A stretch of 64,000 nucleotides of DNA. It comes from an uncultured Candidatus Actinomarina sp. Lineage in GTDB: Bacteria; Actinomycetota; Acidimicrobiia; Actinomarinales; Actinomarinaceae. The notes beneath the pieces were generated by a model. That model saw only the letters and a program-made list of their open reading frames with translations. It did no database searches and was not told the origin of the DNA. Shown piece after piece: positions 1 to 10,300 of this stretch. Both the position numbers and the translations under genes were made by a program. The stretch is taken from NCBI GenBank assembly GCA_902580215.1, contig CACHJT010000001.1:41775-105774 (forward strand). The letters are read 5' to 3'. Numbering within the stretch: the stretch's first letter is position 1; each line of letters opens with the position of its first letter.

Positions 1-523
1 TCAATGCTTCAGAAAGCTCTCTTGTAGCATTAGATGTTAACACAGTAAGATTATCATTCTTTGAAGTAATAGTTCCTAGCTCAGGAATACTTACTTGGTT
101 TTCAGCTAAAACTTCTAATAATAAAGCCTCAAATTCTTCATCTGATCTATCAATTTCATCTACGAGAAAAATAGATTTTTCATCAGATCTAAGAGATTGT
201 AGAATCGGTCTTTCAATCAAAAATTCTTCAGTAAATAAATTTTTAGAATCCTGTTCAGTTTGTATTGATAAAAGCTGTTTTTTATAATTCCATTCATAAA
301 GAGCCTTGTCTTCATCAATTCCTTCATGACATTGGAGTCGAATTAATTGCGTATTAAATATCTTTGAGAGAGTTTTTGCAAGGTAAGTTTTTCCAGTGCC
401 AGCAGGACCCTCTATCAAAATAGGTTTTTTCAAATACAATGAAGCGTTGACTATGTCAACTAATTCTTGGTCTGCAAAGTAACCGTTGTCTTCGAAATCT
501 TGTACAGTTAAATTTTTTTTCAT
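1..523 (-). CDS. MoxR/CoxD-family AAA+ ATPase (3' end outside window)
   Basis: Not in ORF track; manual translation from ATG at 523: MKKNLTVQDFEDNGYFADQELVDIVNASLYLKKPILIEGPAGTGKTYLAK...LIRLQCHEGIDEDKALYEWNY. Walker A plus the RLQC-EG-D motif of MoxR; ATGA overlap with proA stop. Confidence 0.85.
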   Translation of the reverse strand, partial: MKKNLTVQDFEDNGYFADQELVDIVNASLYLKKPILIEGPAGTGKTYLAKTLSKIFNTQLIRLQCHEGIDEDKALYEWNYKKQLLSIQTEQDSKNLFTEEFLIERPILQSLRSDEKSIFLVDEIDRSDEEFEALLLEVLAENQVSIPELGTITSKNDNLTVLTSNATRELSEAL

Positions 524-1761
524 CCTCTTACAGTACCCTCACCTGTAACTACATATCTTTCATTTGTTAACGCCTCTAACCCCATTGGGCCTCTTACATG
601 TAATTTTTGAGTACTAATTCCGATTTCAGAACCAAAACCAAACATTTCACCGTCAGTAAATCTTGTAGATGAATTTATAAATATAACTGAAGAATCTATA
701 GATTTAGCAAAAGTGTCTGCAACTTCCTTTGATTCAGTCAAAATTGCTTCAGTATGTCCAGATGAGTAGATTTTAATATGCTCAATTGCTTGATCAACAC
801 TGTCGACGACTTTTACTGCCAGTTTCAAATCTAAAAATTCAGTCTCATAATGTGATTCGTTAGCAAGATTTAGATTTGGAAAGTCTTCTTTTATTTTCTC
901 GTCTACAAATAGTTCAACTTCATTTTCTAATAATTCTTCAATTATCAAACTGCCCATATCTTGGTAAATCTGACTATTAATTAGCAAGGTCTCAAGAGCG
1001 TTACATACCCCTGGTCTTTGCACTTTAGAATTAATAACTATATCAATAATATGTTCTTTTTTTGCATCCTGATGTATGTACAAATGTACATTTCCATCTC
1101 CATCTAGGATAAATGGTACCTTGGAGTTGTCTACTAGTGTTTGTATTAGTCCCTTCCCTCCTCTTGGAACAATGAGATCAACAAATTCTGTGAGATTCAT
1201 AAATTCAATGGTGTCTTGACGATCTTTACTTTCTATTATCTGAAAAATATTTTTATTACAATTATTTAAAGATAGTGCATTTTGAAGAACTTCAAGAATA
1301 GCAATATTTGAGTCAAGACAATAGCTGGATCCTCTTAAAATTACAGCATTACCAGACTTTAGACAAAGACCTGAGACATCACTTGTAACATTAGGTCTTG
1401 CTTCATAAATAACTCCTATAACTCCAAAAGGTGAACGAATTTTTTTAATATGTAATCCTTCATCAGTTTTCCAACTGTCAGTAATATTTCCAACCGGATC
1501 TTCTAAGGGAATTATTTTGAGCAAGCCATTAGACATACCATTTATACGTTCTTCACTTAAAGATAATCGGTCAATTAAGGCAGGTGTTAAATCAAGATCC
1601 TTGGAATTTTTCAAATCTATTTTGTTAGCATCTAAAATTTTTTTTGAGTTTTTAAGCAATTCGTCAGCCATAGTCTGTAAAATTTGATTTTTTTTATCAG
1701 TGCTTAAAACTGCAATTTCTGCAGCAGCATCTTTTGCTTGTGTTCCTATTTGCTTAAGCAT
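520..1761 (-). CDS. proA: glutamate-5-semialdehyde dehydrogenase
   Basis: IYEARPNV, CNALETLL, STRFTDG, STQKLHVRGPMGL motifs; follows proB. Confidence 0.97.
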   Translation of the reverse strand: MLKQIGTQAKDAAAEIAVLSTDKKNQILQTMADELLKNSKKILDANKIDLKNSKDLDLTPALIDRLSLSEERINGMSNGLLKIIPLEDPVGNITDSWKTDEGLHIKKIRSPFGVIGVIYEARPNVTSDVSGLCLKSGNAVILRGSSYCLDSNIAILEVLQNALSLNNCNKNIFQIIESKDRQDTIEFMNLTEFVDLIVPRGGKGLIQTLVDNSKVPFILDGDGNVHLYIHQDAKKEHIIDIVINSKVQRPGVCNALETLLINSQIYQDMGSLIIEELLENEVELFVDEKIKEDFPNLNLANESHYETEFLDLKLAVKVVDSVDQAIEHIKIYSSGHTEAILTESKEVADTFAKSIDSSVIFINSSTRFTDGEMFGFGSEIGISTQKLHVRGPMGLEALTNERYVVTGEGTVRG

Positions 1762-1800
1762 ATTAAAAGGTTAATTAAGAATTTCCATTAGTAAAATTAT

Positions 1801-2847
1801 TTATAGAATAATTAAATCGTCTTTATGAATTAAAACACTACTTTCACCAACTGCAGAACTGTCAATTTTTGCAATACCCTTAGCGACAATTTTTTTATTA
1901 AAAACAATTGACAGTCCATCTCCAATTTTGAAAGAATTATCAAATCTAACAACTCCTTTTGATAAAAGTGAAGCATTCTTTAAAAGTGCACTAGCTGCAC
2001 CTTCATCAATATACACATTTGATATTGGAGCCATCCCATATGCAATCCAAAGCTTCCTAAGCCTAATTTTTTTATTTGAGGCAGTAATATAGGTTCCAAC
2101 CTTTTCATTTAAAATTGCTTTCGATAGATTAGATTTCGACCAAGAGATTATATGTGTTGGTATACCGGAAAAACCAGAAATTTGAGATGCCATAATTTTT
2201 GTTGAAAATCCTCCCATGCCTTCTCCAGTCTTTGAAAGAGGTATTAATTCATTAAGTTGATTGGAATCATATTCAATGTAATCTATTTTTTTTGCATCTT
2301 TATTTTTATCAGGATTGAAATTGTACAAACCCTCTTTATTAGTAATGATTATAAGTTTTTCTGCATTAACAATAATTGAGACTATTGCAGATAACCTATC
2401 ATTATCACCAAATTTTAGCTCTTCAGTCGCTACAACGTCATTTTCGTTAATTACTGGAATAATTCCCTGGGATAACAATTCATTTAATGCTTGTGTAGTA
2501 TTAACGAATTGCTCTCTATCATCAATCAAATTTTTGGTAATTAAAACTTGTGCAATATTCATTTTTTTATCTTTAAAAATTTTTTCATATTGATTAATCA
2601 ATTCAATTTGACCAACTGCTGATGCCACCTGAAGTCTTTTTAAGGATTTAGGTCTACTTTTATAATTTAATTTTGTTGCCCCAAGACCAACAGCGCCAGA
2701 GGTTACAATTACAAAATTAAATTGATTTTTATTTTCGATTATTAACTCGGCCAAGCTTTTCAATAAAGTTAAATCAACTTTATCATTCTTGATAATTGAA
2801 GTAGTTCCAATTTTTATTACTATGTTTTTTTTATTGTTTGTATTCAA
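1801..2847 (-). CDS. proB: glutamate 5-kinase with C-terminal PUA-like domain
   Basis: VIKIGT, VTSGAV, INENDVV, FGDNDRLSA motifs. Confidence 0.96.
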   Translation of the reverse strand: MNTNNKKNIVIKIGTTSIIKNDKVDLTLLKSLAELIIENKNQFNFVIVTSGAVGLGATKLNYKSRPKSLKRLQVASAVGQIELINQYEKIFKDKKMNIAQVLITKNLIDDREQFVNTTQALNELLSQGIIPVINENDVVATEELKFGDNDRLSAIVSIIVNAEKLIIITNKEGLYNFNPDKNKDAKKIDYIEYDSNQLNELIPLSKTGEGMGGFSTKIMASQISGFSGIPTHIISWSKSNLSKAILNEKVGTYITASNKKIRLRKLWIAYGMAPISNVYIDEGAASALLKNASLLSKGVVRFDNSFKIGDGLSIVFNKKIVAKGIAKIDSSAVGESSVLIHKDDLIIL

Positions 2848-4030
2848 ATTCTAAATTTCCTAACACAATTGTATCACCATCAATTGCACCCATTTCACTA
2901 ATTTCTCTTGAGAGAATAGATTTTTCGAATCTAATAAATATCTCATCTAGAACACTATCTTTGTTTCCAGAAATATTGATCATATTCGTTACTAATTCAC
3001 CAGAACAAATGAACTGATTTTCTATTTTTTCTATAAAGTAATCTTCTTGCTCTAAAACAATCTTGTGAAAATCAGAATAAATAAGTGGTAAGTCATCTTG
3101 AAATACATCCTGTATCCTGCTGACCAATTTATCAATTCCATGTTCATTTAAACAGGATATATTAAGATATTCCTCATTAGGTGTAGAGAGTTTATCTGAC
3201 TTATTTATAACTACAAGTTTTTTAATTGATTGATAATTTTCATCAAATTTAAAAAGTTCATCCTCAAGCATTGAAATTTGCGAATTTATATTAAATTTTT
3301 CATTTATTGGATCAATTAAATAAATTATAAATTTAGTATTTCTCAAATGTTTTAATACTCTCCTGCCCATTCCAACCCCGTCTGAAGCACCCTCTAATAA
3401 TCCAGGCAGATCACATATAGTTACCAATGATTCAGAATTATTTAAAACACCAATATTTGGACTAGTGGTTGTAAACTCATAATCACCAATTTTTGCCTTA
3501 GAGTTTGTCAATTTTTGAATTAATGTACTCTTGCCTGCATTAGGCAGTCCAACAATTGAAATGTCTGAATAAAGACTGTAACTTAATTTGACATCAAGTG
3601 ATTTTCTTTTTATTCCTTGTTCACAGATTTGTGGATTAGGATTTCGTTTTGAAATCAATTCATAATTTCCTCTACCGCCTTTTGAACCTGTAATTAATTC
3701 ATAAGAAGAGTTATAGTCATGAAGGTCAGCATACATTTCATTATCAATAAACACTTGTGTACCTTTTGGTACTTCTATAATCAGATTTTCACCTGAGGTT
3801 CCATTTTGAAAATTTTTGTTACCTGGTCCACCATTTTCAGCTTTAAGAGAACTATTCGACATTATGTGAGATAAATCAGGCAACTCTTTATTAACCTGTA
3901 ATATGACACTGCCACCATCTCCACCTGATCCACCAGATGGTTTAGTTTTAGAGTTTAAATTATTGAAACTAACAGAGCCTGGGCCTCCAGCTCCAGAGGA
4001 AACTGAAAGCTTGATTTCATCAACGAACAT
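2831..4030 (-). CDS. obgE: Obg-family GTPase
   Basis: MFVDE N-terminus, Gly-rich domain, GLPNAGKST, FTT, DLPG, NKSD; downstream of rplU-rpmA. Confidence 0.93.
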   Translation of the reverse strand: MFVDEIKLSVSSGAGGPGSVSFNNLNSKTKPSGGSGGDGGSVILQVNKELPDLSHIMSNSSLKAENGGPGNKNFQNGTSGENLIIEVPKGTQVFIDNEMYADLHDYNSSYELITGSKGGRGNYELISKRNPNPQICEQGIKRKSLDVKLSYSLYSDISIVGLPNAGKSTLIQKLTNSKAKIGDYEFTTTSPNIGVLNNSESLVTICDLPGLLEGASDGVGMGRRVLKHLRNTKFIIYLIDPINEKFNINSQISMLEDELFKFDENYQSIKKLVVINKSDKLSTPNEEYLNISCLNEHGIDKLVSRIQDVFQDDLPLIYSDFHKIVLEQEDYFIEKIENQFICSGELVTNMINISGNKDSVLDEIFIRFEKSILSREISEMGAIDGDTIVLGNLEFEYKQ

Positions 4031-4034
4031 TGGC

Positions 4035-4286
4035 TCATTTTGGAATTACATTAACTAATTTTCTACCATTTCTAGTAGAAAATTTTACAACACCATCTAT
4101 TTTTGCAAAGAGTGTGTCATCTCCACCTTTGGATACATTTTCCCCTGGATGAATTTTTGTACCTCTTTGTCTAACTACAATCGAACCAGCAGATATATTT
4201 TCGCCGTCATAAACTTTAGTACCAAGACGCTTGGACTCTGAATCTCTACCATTCCTGGTTGAGCCACCAGCTTTTGTTTTTGACAT
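4035..4286 (-). CDS. rpmA: 50S ribosomal protein L27
   Basis: [28 protein letters not shown]. Confidence 0.98.
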   Translation of the reverse strand: MSKTKAGGSTRNGRDSESKRLGTKVYDGENISAGSIVVRQRGTKIHPGENVSKGGDDTLFAKIDGVVKFSTRNGRKLVNVIPK

Positions 4287-4612
4287 TATTCCTCCTCAGC
4301 GCTTTCAAGTCCTTGAATACTCTTAACTTTAACAATTTTTGAGTTTTCTCTATATCCAACTCTTCTTCTGTTTCCAGTTTTGTTTTTATATTGAAAAATG
4401 TTAATTTTTTTAGACTTTGAAGCAGAAAGATGCTCCAGCTCAACTTTATAGTTTTTTAGTTCTTTGTCATCTACAACAATTTGACCTTTTCTAGTACTGA
4501 CTAATATGGGAACAACAGTTTTTTCTTCAAAAGAAGATGAAACAGAAAACTCATCCCCAACACTTACTCTCTCTTGAGATGATCCAACTTTAATAACAGC
4601 ATATTTACTCAT
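4286..4612 (-). CDS. rplU: 50S ribosomal protein L21
   Basis: [23 protein letters not shown]; adjacent to rpmA. Confidence 0.93.
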   Translation of the reverse strand: MSKYAVIKVGSSQERVSVGDEFSVSSSFEEKTVVPILVSTRKGQIVVDDKELKNYKVELEHLSASKSKKINIFQYKNKTGNRRRVGYRENSKIVKVKSIQGLESAEEE

Positions 4613-4619
4613 AACTCAT

Positions 4620-6086
4620 TCACTCTACTACAGCCTCGGACTCAATCAAGCCTTCTTCTATACTTTTGTTTGCAAAAATATCATTAATTATTAGACCCCT
4701 ACCACTACATTTTTCACATTCTTCTGAAAAACTCTCAACAAGACCTGCTGCCACATTCTTTCTGGTCATTTCTACTAATCCAAGTCTGGATATTTCAAAT
4801 ACCTGTGTTCTAGTCTTGTCTTTAGCTAATTCCTGCTTAAATCTATTTAAAAGACTTTGTTGTTTTTTGATTGACTCCATATCTATAAAATCTATAACTA
4901 TAATTCCACCAATATCCCGAAGTCTTAACTGTCTGGCAATTTCTTCAGCAGCTTCTAAATTATTTTCATACACAGTTTCCTCAAGACTGTTTTTTCCAAC
5001 AAATTTTCCAGTATTTACATCAATAACGGTTAGTGCTTCTGTTCTGTCAATAATAAGATGCCCACCAGATGGCAACCAAACTTTCCTATCTAACGCCTTT
5101 TTTATTTGGTCTTCAATATGGTATCTTTCAAACAACATTAGTTCATCTTGGTAAAAGTCCACAATATCGCTTATTTCAGGAGAAGTAGCAGAAACATAAT
5201 TTTTGATTTCATCAAATTGATCTTTTCTGTCAATTAAAAGCTTTTTAAATGTTGTGTTAAGGTGTTCTCTTATTACTTTTATAGAAACATCTGGCTCTTG
5301 ATGAATTAATTTTGGAGCATCACCACTTTTGTAATTACTAACAACCTCCCATTCTTCTACAAGTTTTTCTATATCTACTTGTAATGCTTTTTCACTCACG
5401 CCTTCGGCAGCAGTCCTAACAATAACACCAAAATTTTCAGGTTTAAGTTTACGAATAATTCTGTCTAGCCTACTTCTCTCATTATCAGATAGTCTTCTAG
5501 AGATACCCTTTGTTCTAGAGTTTGGAATTAATACTAAATATCTTCCTGGAAGTGAGATTTGGCCAGTTAACCTTGCCCCCTTTTCCCCCATAGCATCTTT
5601 AACTACTTGAACTAAAATTTCTTGATCGGGTTTTAGTAAGTTTTCAATTTTTGAATTTTTATGAGAACCCTCTATATCAGCTACGTACAACACACCATTT
5701 TTTTCTTCACCAAAAGAAACAAATGCTGCTTCCATTCCAGGTAAAACATTTTTAACTTTTCCTAGGTAAATATTTCCGACTTTAGACTTATCGTTATTTT
5801 CTGATGTGTAATACTGAACCAGGGTTGGCCCTTCAAGAATAGCGACCTTTGACACACCATCTTTGGAGCTTATAAGCATCTGCTTTTTTTCAACTTCTGG
5901 AACTGGTAATGGTTGTTCTCTAAACCAAGTTGGATTCTTATCTTTAAAATCCTTATTTTTTTGAGTACCTGAGCGAGTAGTCCCAGATTTTATTTTTACT
6001 TTTTGGCCATTAAACCATTTAGTTTTTGTGTTGTCCAAATTGTCGCTTTTGCGAACAATCTTTGACTTTTTGAACATACCAAACAT
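4620..6086 (-). CDS. rne: ribonuclease E/G family protein
   Basis: GNIYLGKVKNVLPGMEAAFV (S1), VIDVNTG, LRDIGGIIVIDFIDM, Zn-link CEKC; GGAGG RBS upstream. Confidence 0.93.
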   Translation of the reverse strand: MFGMFKKSKIVRKSDNLDNTKTKWFNGQKVKIKSGTTRSGTQKNKDFKDKNPTWFREQPLPVPEVEKKQMLISSKDGVSKVAILEGPTLVQYYTSENNDKSKVGNIYLGKVKNVLPGMEAAFVSFGEEKNGVLYVADIEGSHKNSKIENLLKPDQEILVQVVKDAMGEKGARLTGQISLPGRYLVLIPNSRTKGISRRLSDNERSRLDRIIRKLKPENFGVIVRTAAEGVSEKALQVDIEKLVEEWEVVSNYKSGDAPKLIHQEPDVSIKVIREHLNTTFKKLLIDRKDQFDEIKNYVSATSPEISDIVDFYQDELMLFERYHIEDQIKKALDRKVWLPSGGHLIIDRTEALTVIDVNTGKFVGKNSLEETVYENNLEAAEEIARQLRLRDIGGIIVIDFIDMESIKKQQSLLNRFKQELAKDKTRTQVFEISRLGLVEMTRKNVAAGLVESFSEECEKCSGRGLIINDIFANKSIEEGLIESEAVVE

Positions 6087-6148
6087 TAAAACCTCCGAGA
6101 TGACGAATATATAAATTTAACATGAGTTAAGAATACTAGATTTAAAAA

Positions 6149-7231
6149 TTAAACAACTATGTTGTTTTCTATGAAAACTCTATTGATCAATCCAAATATT
6201 ATTGCAGTTGAAAATATTGATGATCCTCCAAGGCTTAGAAGTGGAAAAGGTATTCCAGTCAAGGGAATAAAGCCAAGAATAGTTAACAAATTTATAAATA
6301 TTTGCACACCTAAGAGAATTAGTAAACCTGCAAGGAGATATTTTTCAAATTCAATTTGAGTAAGTTTAATTATTTTATTTACCCTAATGAAAAATAGGAT
6401 CCATAGAGATAGGAGCAATAAACCTCCAAAAAATCCAAAGTTTCTTGAATAAAGAGAAAAAATAAAATCCGTAGTTTGCACAGGTACAAAAACTTCAGTT
6501 ATTTGTGAATTAGTAAAATAAGTTCCAAACAAACCTCCTGATGAGATTGAAAGTCTGCTTTGCTTTTGCGAAAAGTCATCGCCAGAAAAGAAATCTGTAA
6601 TTCTTGATATTTGATAATCACCTATAAAGTTCATTTCTAAAAGAATAAAAAACAGAAGAAAAAGTGTTAACAACCCTAAAACAGCACTCCTTAGTTTGAC
6701 ATCAGACATAAAAAACATGAAAGAAGTGACTATTAAAAGTAGCATGGTTGTTCCTAAATCAGGTTGTATAAAAATTAAAAGTAGATTAACTAGAACCCCC
6801 ATTAGAGCAATAAACTTATAAGACTTTTGGCTGAGTATTCTTGCTAAGAACAAAACTAAGATAATTTTGCTAAATTCTGATGGCTGAATAAAAATTGGTA
6901 ATCCGATTGGTTCTAAATCGTACCACCGTCTTACACCAAGTATTGGTGTTGTGAAAAGTAAGCCAAATAAAACAGAAATAGAAAGTATAAATAATGAATT
7001 TATTAAATTATATAAGTTCTCAATTGAAAGGTATGTCGTCAAGAAAAATACAAATAACCCTATTAAAGAAAATACTATTTGTCTTGTTAATATATTGCTT
7101 GATTCAAACTCAATTGACCCAATTGAGCTGAATAGCGTAAACCATGAAATGACACTAAATAACATAAATTGAAGCAGAATGTATAAATTTGTTCCTTCTG
7201 GACCTAATATTGTAATTTTTCGATTTATCAT
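6149..7231 (-). CDS. rodA: SEDS peptidoglycan glycosyltransferase RodA
   Basis: Polytopic membrane protein; IQPSEFSK, QPDLGT, TDFIFS, TGIPFPLLSLGGSS; follows mrdA. Confidence 0.92.
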   Translation of the reverse strand: MINRKITILGPEGTNLYILLQFMLFSVISWFTLFSSIGSIEFESSNILTRQIVFSLIGLFVFFLTTYLSIENLYNLINSLFILSISVLFGLLFTTPILGVRRWYDLEPIGLPIFIQPSEFSKIILVLFLARILSQKSYKFIALMGVLVNLLLIFIQPDLGTTMLLLIVTSFMFFMSDVKLRSAVLGLLTLFLLFFILLEMNFIGDYQISRITDFFSGDDFSQKQSRLSISSGGLFGTYFTNSQITEVFVPVQTTDFIFSLYSRNFGFFGGLLLLSLWILFFIRVNKIIKLTQIEFEKYLLAGLLILLGVQIFINLLTILGFIPLTGIPFPLLSLGGSSIFSTAIIFGLINRVFIENNIVV

Positions 7232-9066
7232 TCTGTAATTTCACCAAATTCCACTGGAGTTAGTTCGTATTCACGTAAATGCTGAATAATTCTTCTGGAG
7301 ACTGGTGCAGCAACTGCACTTCCAGATCCGCCCTCGTCGACAACTGTAGCAATAATATATTTTGGATTACTTATGGAATCAACTCCAACAAACCAAGAAG
7401 TATTATTTTTGTCACCAGCATTTTGTGCTGTTCCTGTTTTTCCACCAATATCATTTACTTTGTTTCCCAATATACTGAATGAAACATAAGCTGTTCCACC
7501 TTTATTAGTAACTGTGTTTAAGTCATTTAAAAGAAACGAAATAAATTCATCACTCACATTTATTTTGTTATTTATGATTTTTTCTGCATTTAGGTTTAAA
7601 GTCGGTGATAAGTTTTCTCCAGTTAACAAAGTTCTATATGCATTTGCAACCTGAAGAGGAGTGGTCGTTATAGCTCCCTGACCAATGATTAAATTCATCA
7701 AATCTCCACCCAACCAACCCTCTTCTCTCACAAGGCCAGGTCTAGATATCTTCCATTCTTCAAAAAGATTTCTATCAGGAATGATTCCAACCTTTTCAAA
7801 TGGTAAGTCAACATTTGTTTTCTCACTAAAGCCTAGTTCTTTAGAATACTCCTGAAGAATAGACTCTCCTTCTGTATTACCAAAATTTCTCCATATATTT
7901 AAAGCTATGTCCCAAAAGTACACATTGCATGACTGTTTAATTGCATCGGTGAGATCTACTTTTCCATGGCCCTCAAGTTTCCAGTCGTTATAGACTTGCT
8001 GAGACCCATCGTCGAATCCAAATGATAGGCTTCCATCACAATCAACTTTTGAATCTTTGTTGTTCAAGCCCTTAGGAAATATATTTTCACTAAGTGCTAA
8101 CCAGTAAGCAACGACTTTAAATACTGAACCTGGAGGATAAAGGCCTTGGATTGCAAAATTATTAAAAGCTTGATCTCTATCGAGTTGTTTATATTCAAAG
8201 TCACTTATGCCAGATACAAACTTATTAGGATTAAAATCAGGTAAAGAAACCATGGAAATAATATTCCCAGTTTCAATATCTAAAACAACAGATGCACCTC
8301 TTTTAATTTCATTTATTGACTCAAAACTCTTATTTGCTAAATTTATACCCTGTTGCAATGATTCTTTTGTAACTAGTTGAGTTAAAGAATCAATTGATAA
8401 AAATAAATCTCTACCTGGGATAGGTTGTTTTGAGTCTATAATCTCAGATCCAAAAAAAATTAATTCACCTGGAATTCCAGATAAATAGTCTTCGTAATGT
8501 CTTTCTAATCCATTTTTGCCAACCTGATTATTTCCTGATGCATTTTGAAAATTATTAAACTCATCTTGATTTGGTATTCCTAAATATCCAATAGTGTGAG
8601 CAAAAAGTTCATTTTTAATGTAGTTTCTTATTGGTAAATCAATAATTAAAAAAGCATCAAAATTAGTTAATAGATTATTTCTAACCTCATATTCAACAGA
8701 AGAGAGGTTTATAACAAATTGTAAAATTTCCTTACTTTCAAATATTTCATTAATTTCTCTGTTTGTTAAATCTGGAAAATTATATTGAATAATTTGTCTG
8801 TAGTCAGAGGAGTTCTCATTAGTTATTTTTCTCATGTTTATAAATAAATGAGGTTCTAATTTTGTCTCAGCTATTTTTTCTCCATTTGCATCAAATATTT
8901 CCCCTCTTGGTGCTGTAATGTAAAATATATCTAAATTCTGCTGGTCAACAATTTCAGACGTCGACTGAAATTCGGTTGTTTGAAGTTGAAAGATATCAAA
9001 CAAAATAAAAGCCAATAAAATAAAAAAGGCAATAAATGTAAATTTAAGTCTTATGTGATTAAACAT
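7228..9066 (-). CDS. mrdA: penicillin-binding protein 2 (class B)
   Basis: N-terminal TM, APRGEIFD, SxxK (GSVFK), SxN (SCN), KTG (KTGT). Confidence 0.93.
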   Translation of the reverse strand: MFNHIRLKFTFIAFFILLAFILFDIFQLQTTEFQSTSEIVDQQNLDIFYITAPRGEIFDANGEKIAETKLEPHLFINMRKITNENSSDYRQIIQYNFPDLTNREINEIFESKEILQFVINLSSVEYEVRNNLLTNFDAFLIIDLPIRNYIKNELFAHTIGYLGIPNQDEFNNFQNASGNNQVGKNGLERHYEDYLSGIPGELIFFGSEIIDSKQPIPGRDLFLSIDSLTQLVTKESLQQGINLANKSFESINEIKRGASVVLDIETGNIISMVSLPDFNPNKFVSGISDFEYKQLDRDQAFNNFAIQGLYPPGSVFKVVAYWLALSENIFPKGLNNKDSKVDCDGSLSFGFDDGSQQVYNDWKLEGHGKVDLTDAIKQSCNVYFWDIALNIWRNFGNTEGESILQEYSKELGFSEKTNVDLPFEKVGIIPDRNLFEEWKISRPGLVREEGWLGGDLMNLIIGQGAITTTPLQVANAYRTLLTGENLSPTLNLNAEKIINNKINVSDEFISFLLNDLNTVTNKGGTAYVSFSILGNKVNDIGGKTGTAQNAGDKNNTSWFVGVDSISNPKYIIATVVDEGGSGSAVAAPVSRRIIQHLREYELTPVEFGEITE

Positions 9067-9511
9067 TGTTTCTTAAAGCTCTTTTTAATGAGATAAAAAT
9101 TAATGAATTTACAATAATAGAAGTGATATAACCTGTTAACCAATAATCCAAATCAAACTCTAAGATAATGGGAATTTTATAAATTAATAAACATATTGAA
9201 AAAGTAGTTATATATATTACATTTGATCGCCTGTATCTTGTTACTAGAAAATTAGACAAAACAACTACAACTAAAAATATTGATGTATATAGACCTAAAT
9301 AGTAAGTACTAAAGAAAGAGTCGTACAAGATTCCTGTTAAGAATATTGGAATAACAAAATTTTGATTAAATAATTCAGTGCCAATATATAAAAGAGAAAT
9401 TAAGAACAAATAAACTCCGAAATCTAAAGAAATAAATGTGTTCAGATAATTTTCGAACAAACAAATTATAAAAAGAAAAGTAGATAATGAAATTAGTCTT
9501 ATTACTTTCAT
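9059..9511 (-). CDS. mreD: rod shape-determining protein MreD (divergent)
   Basis: Hydrophobic 150 aa with G-ILYD...LGLY; position between mreC and mrdA. Confidence 0.7.
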   Translation of the reverse strand: MKVIRLISLSTFLFIICLFENYLNTFISLDFGVYLFLISLLYIGTELFNQNFVIPIFLTGILYDSFFSTYYLGLYTSIFLVVVVLSNFLVTRYRRSNVIYITTFSICLLIYKIPIILEFDLDYWLTGYITSIIVNSLIFISLKRALRNNV

Positions 9512-10299
9512 TTACTTTTAGGGATGAATAATTTACTTTGGAAAGTTAGCATTTCCTCTATTGGGACTATCACTGTAATTTTGTTATTTAGCTCTGTTTG
9601 CTCATAAGGTTCTAAATCAAAGAGTGGAAACTTATTTAAATGTCCAAAGGTAATATCTGAATATAACATTCCAACTTTTGAATTCAGTGTTGATTCTAAA
9701 GAGCTAAATATTAACTCTTTACCATTTGAATTCACCTCAAAAATGTTGTTGTCTTTATCTAATGCTCTAAAGTTAAAAGTTGTAGAATTGAATGATTCAA
9801 GTATTGAATAATCATTAAATACTTCTCCTAGATAACCAACTACATATCCTTTCTCATTTATCACAAGATCCCCGGGCTCAAAATTGTAGTCCCTTCCCCC
9901 TGAAATTAGATATTCGTCTGTCGAGTTTTTTAAAATTAAGCTTGTTGCATAGTATGTTAATTCAAAGTCACTAATATTTTTTATAAGAAGGTCATAAGAC
10001 TCAATATTATCTTGTAATTCTTGATTCTCTACATACAACACTCTCAAATTAGAAAGCTCTTCTTTTAATCTTATATTTTCTGCGACTAAATCCGCTCTAC
10101 TTGAAGATAAGCTAGAAAATTCATTTTGCAGTAATCTATCAGGTATTTGGAAATTGGAAATTAAATTCACTTGTTTTGGGATAAAATTTGATAATGTTTT
10201 ATTAGAAAAATAGTCAACAGCACTTAATAAACCTGAAAGAAAAATAAAAAGAAAATAAACTACATATTTTCTTATACCAACAATTTGAGTATTTTGCAT
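9508..10299 (-). CDS. mreC: rod shape-determining protein MreC
   Basis: N-terminal TM, coiled coil (LVAENIRLKEEL..ENQEL), G.VVG beta domain; follows mreB. Confidence 0.8.
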   Translation of the reverse strand: MQNTQIVGIRKYVVYFLFIFLSGLLSAVDYFSNKTLSNFIPKQVNLISNFQIPDRLLQNEFSSLSSSRADLVAENIRLKEELSNLRVLYVENQELQDNIESYDLLIKNISDFELTYYATSLILKNSTDEYLISGGRDYNFEPGDLVINEKGYVVGYLGEVFNDYSILESFNSTTFNFRALDKDNNIFEVNSNGKELIFSSLESTLNSKVGMLYSDITFGHLNKFPLFDLEPYEQTELNNKITVIVPIEEMLTFQSKLFIPKSK

Positions 10300-10300
10300 A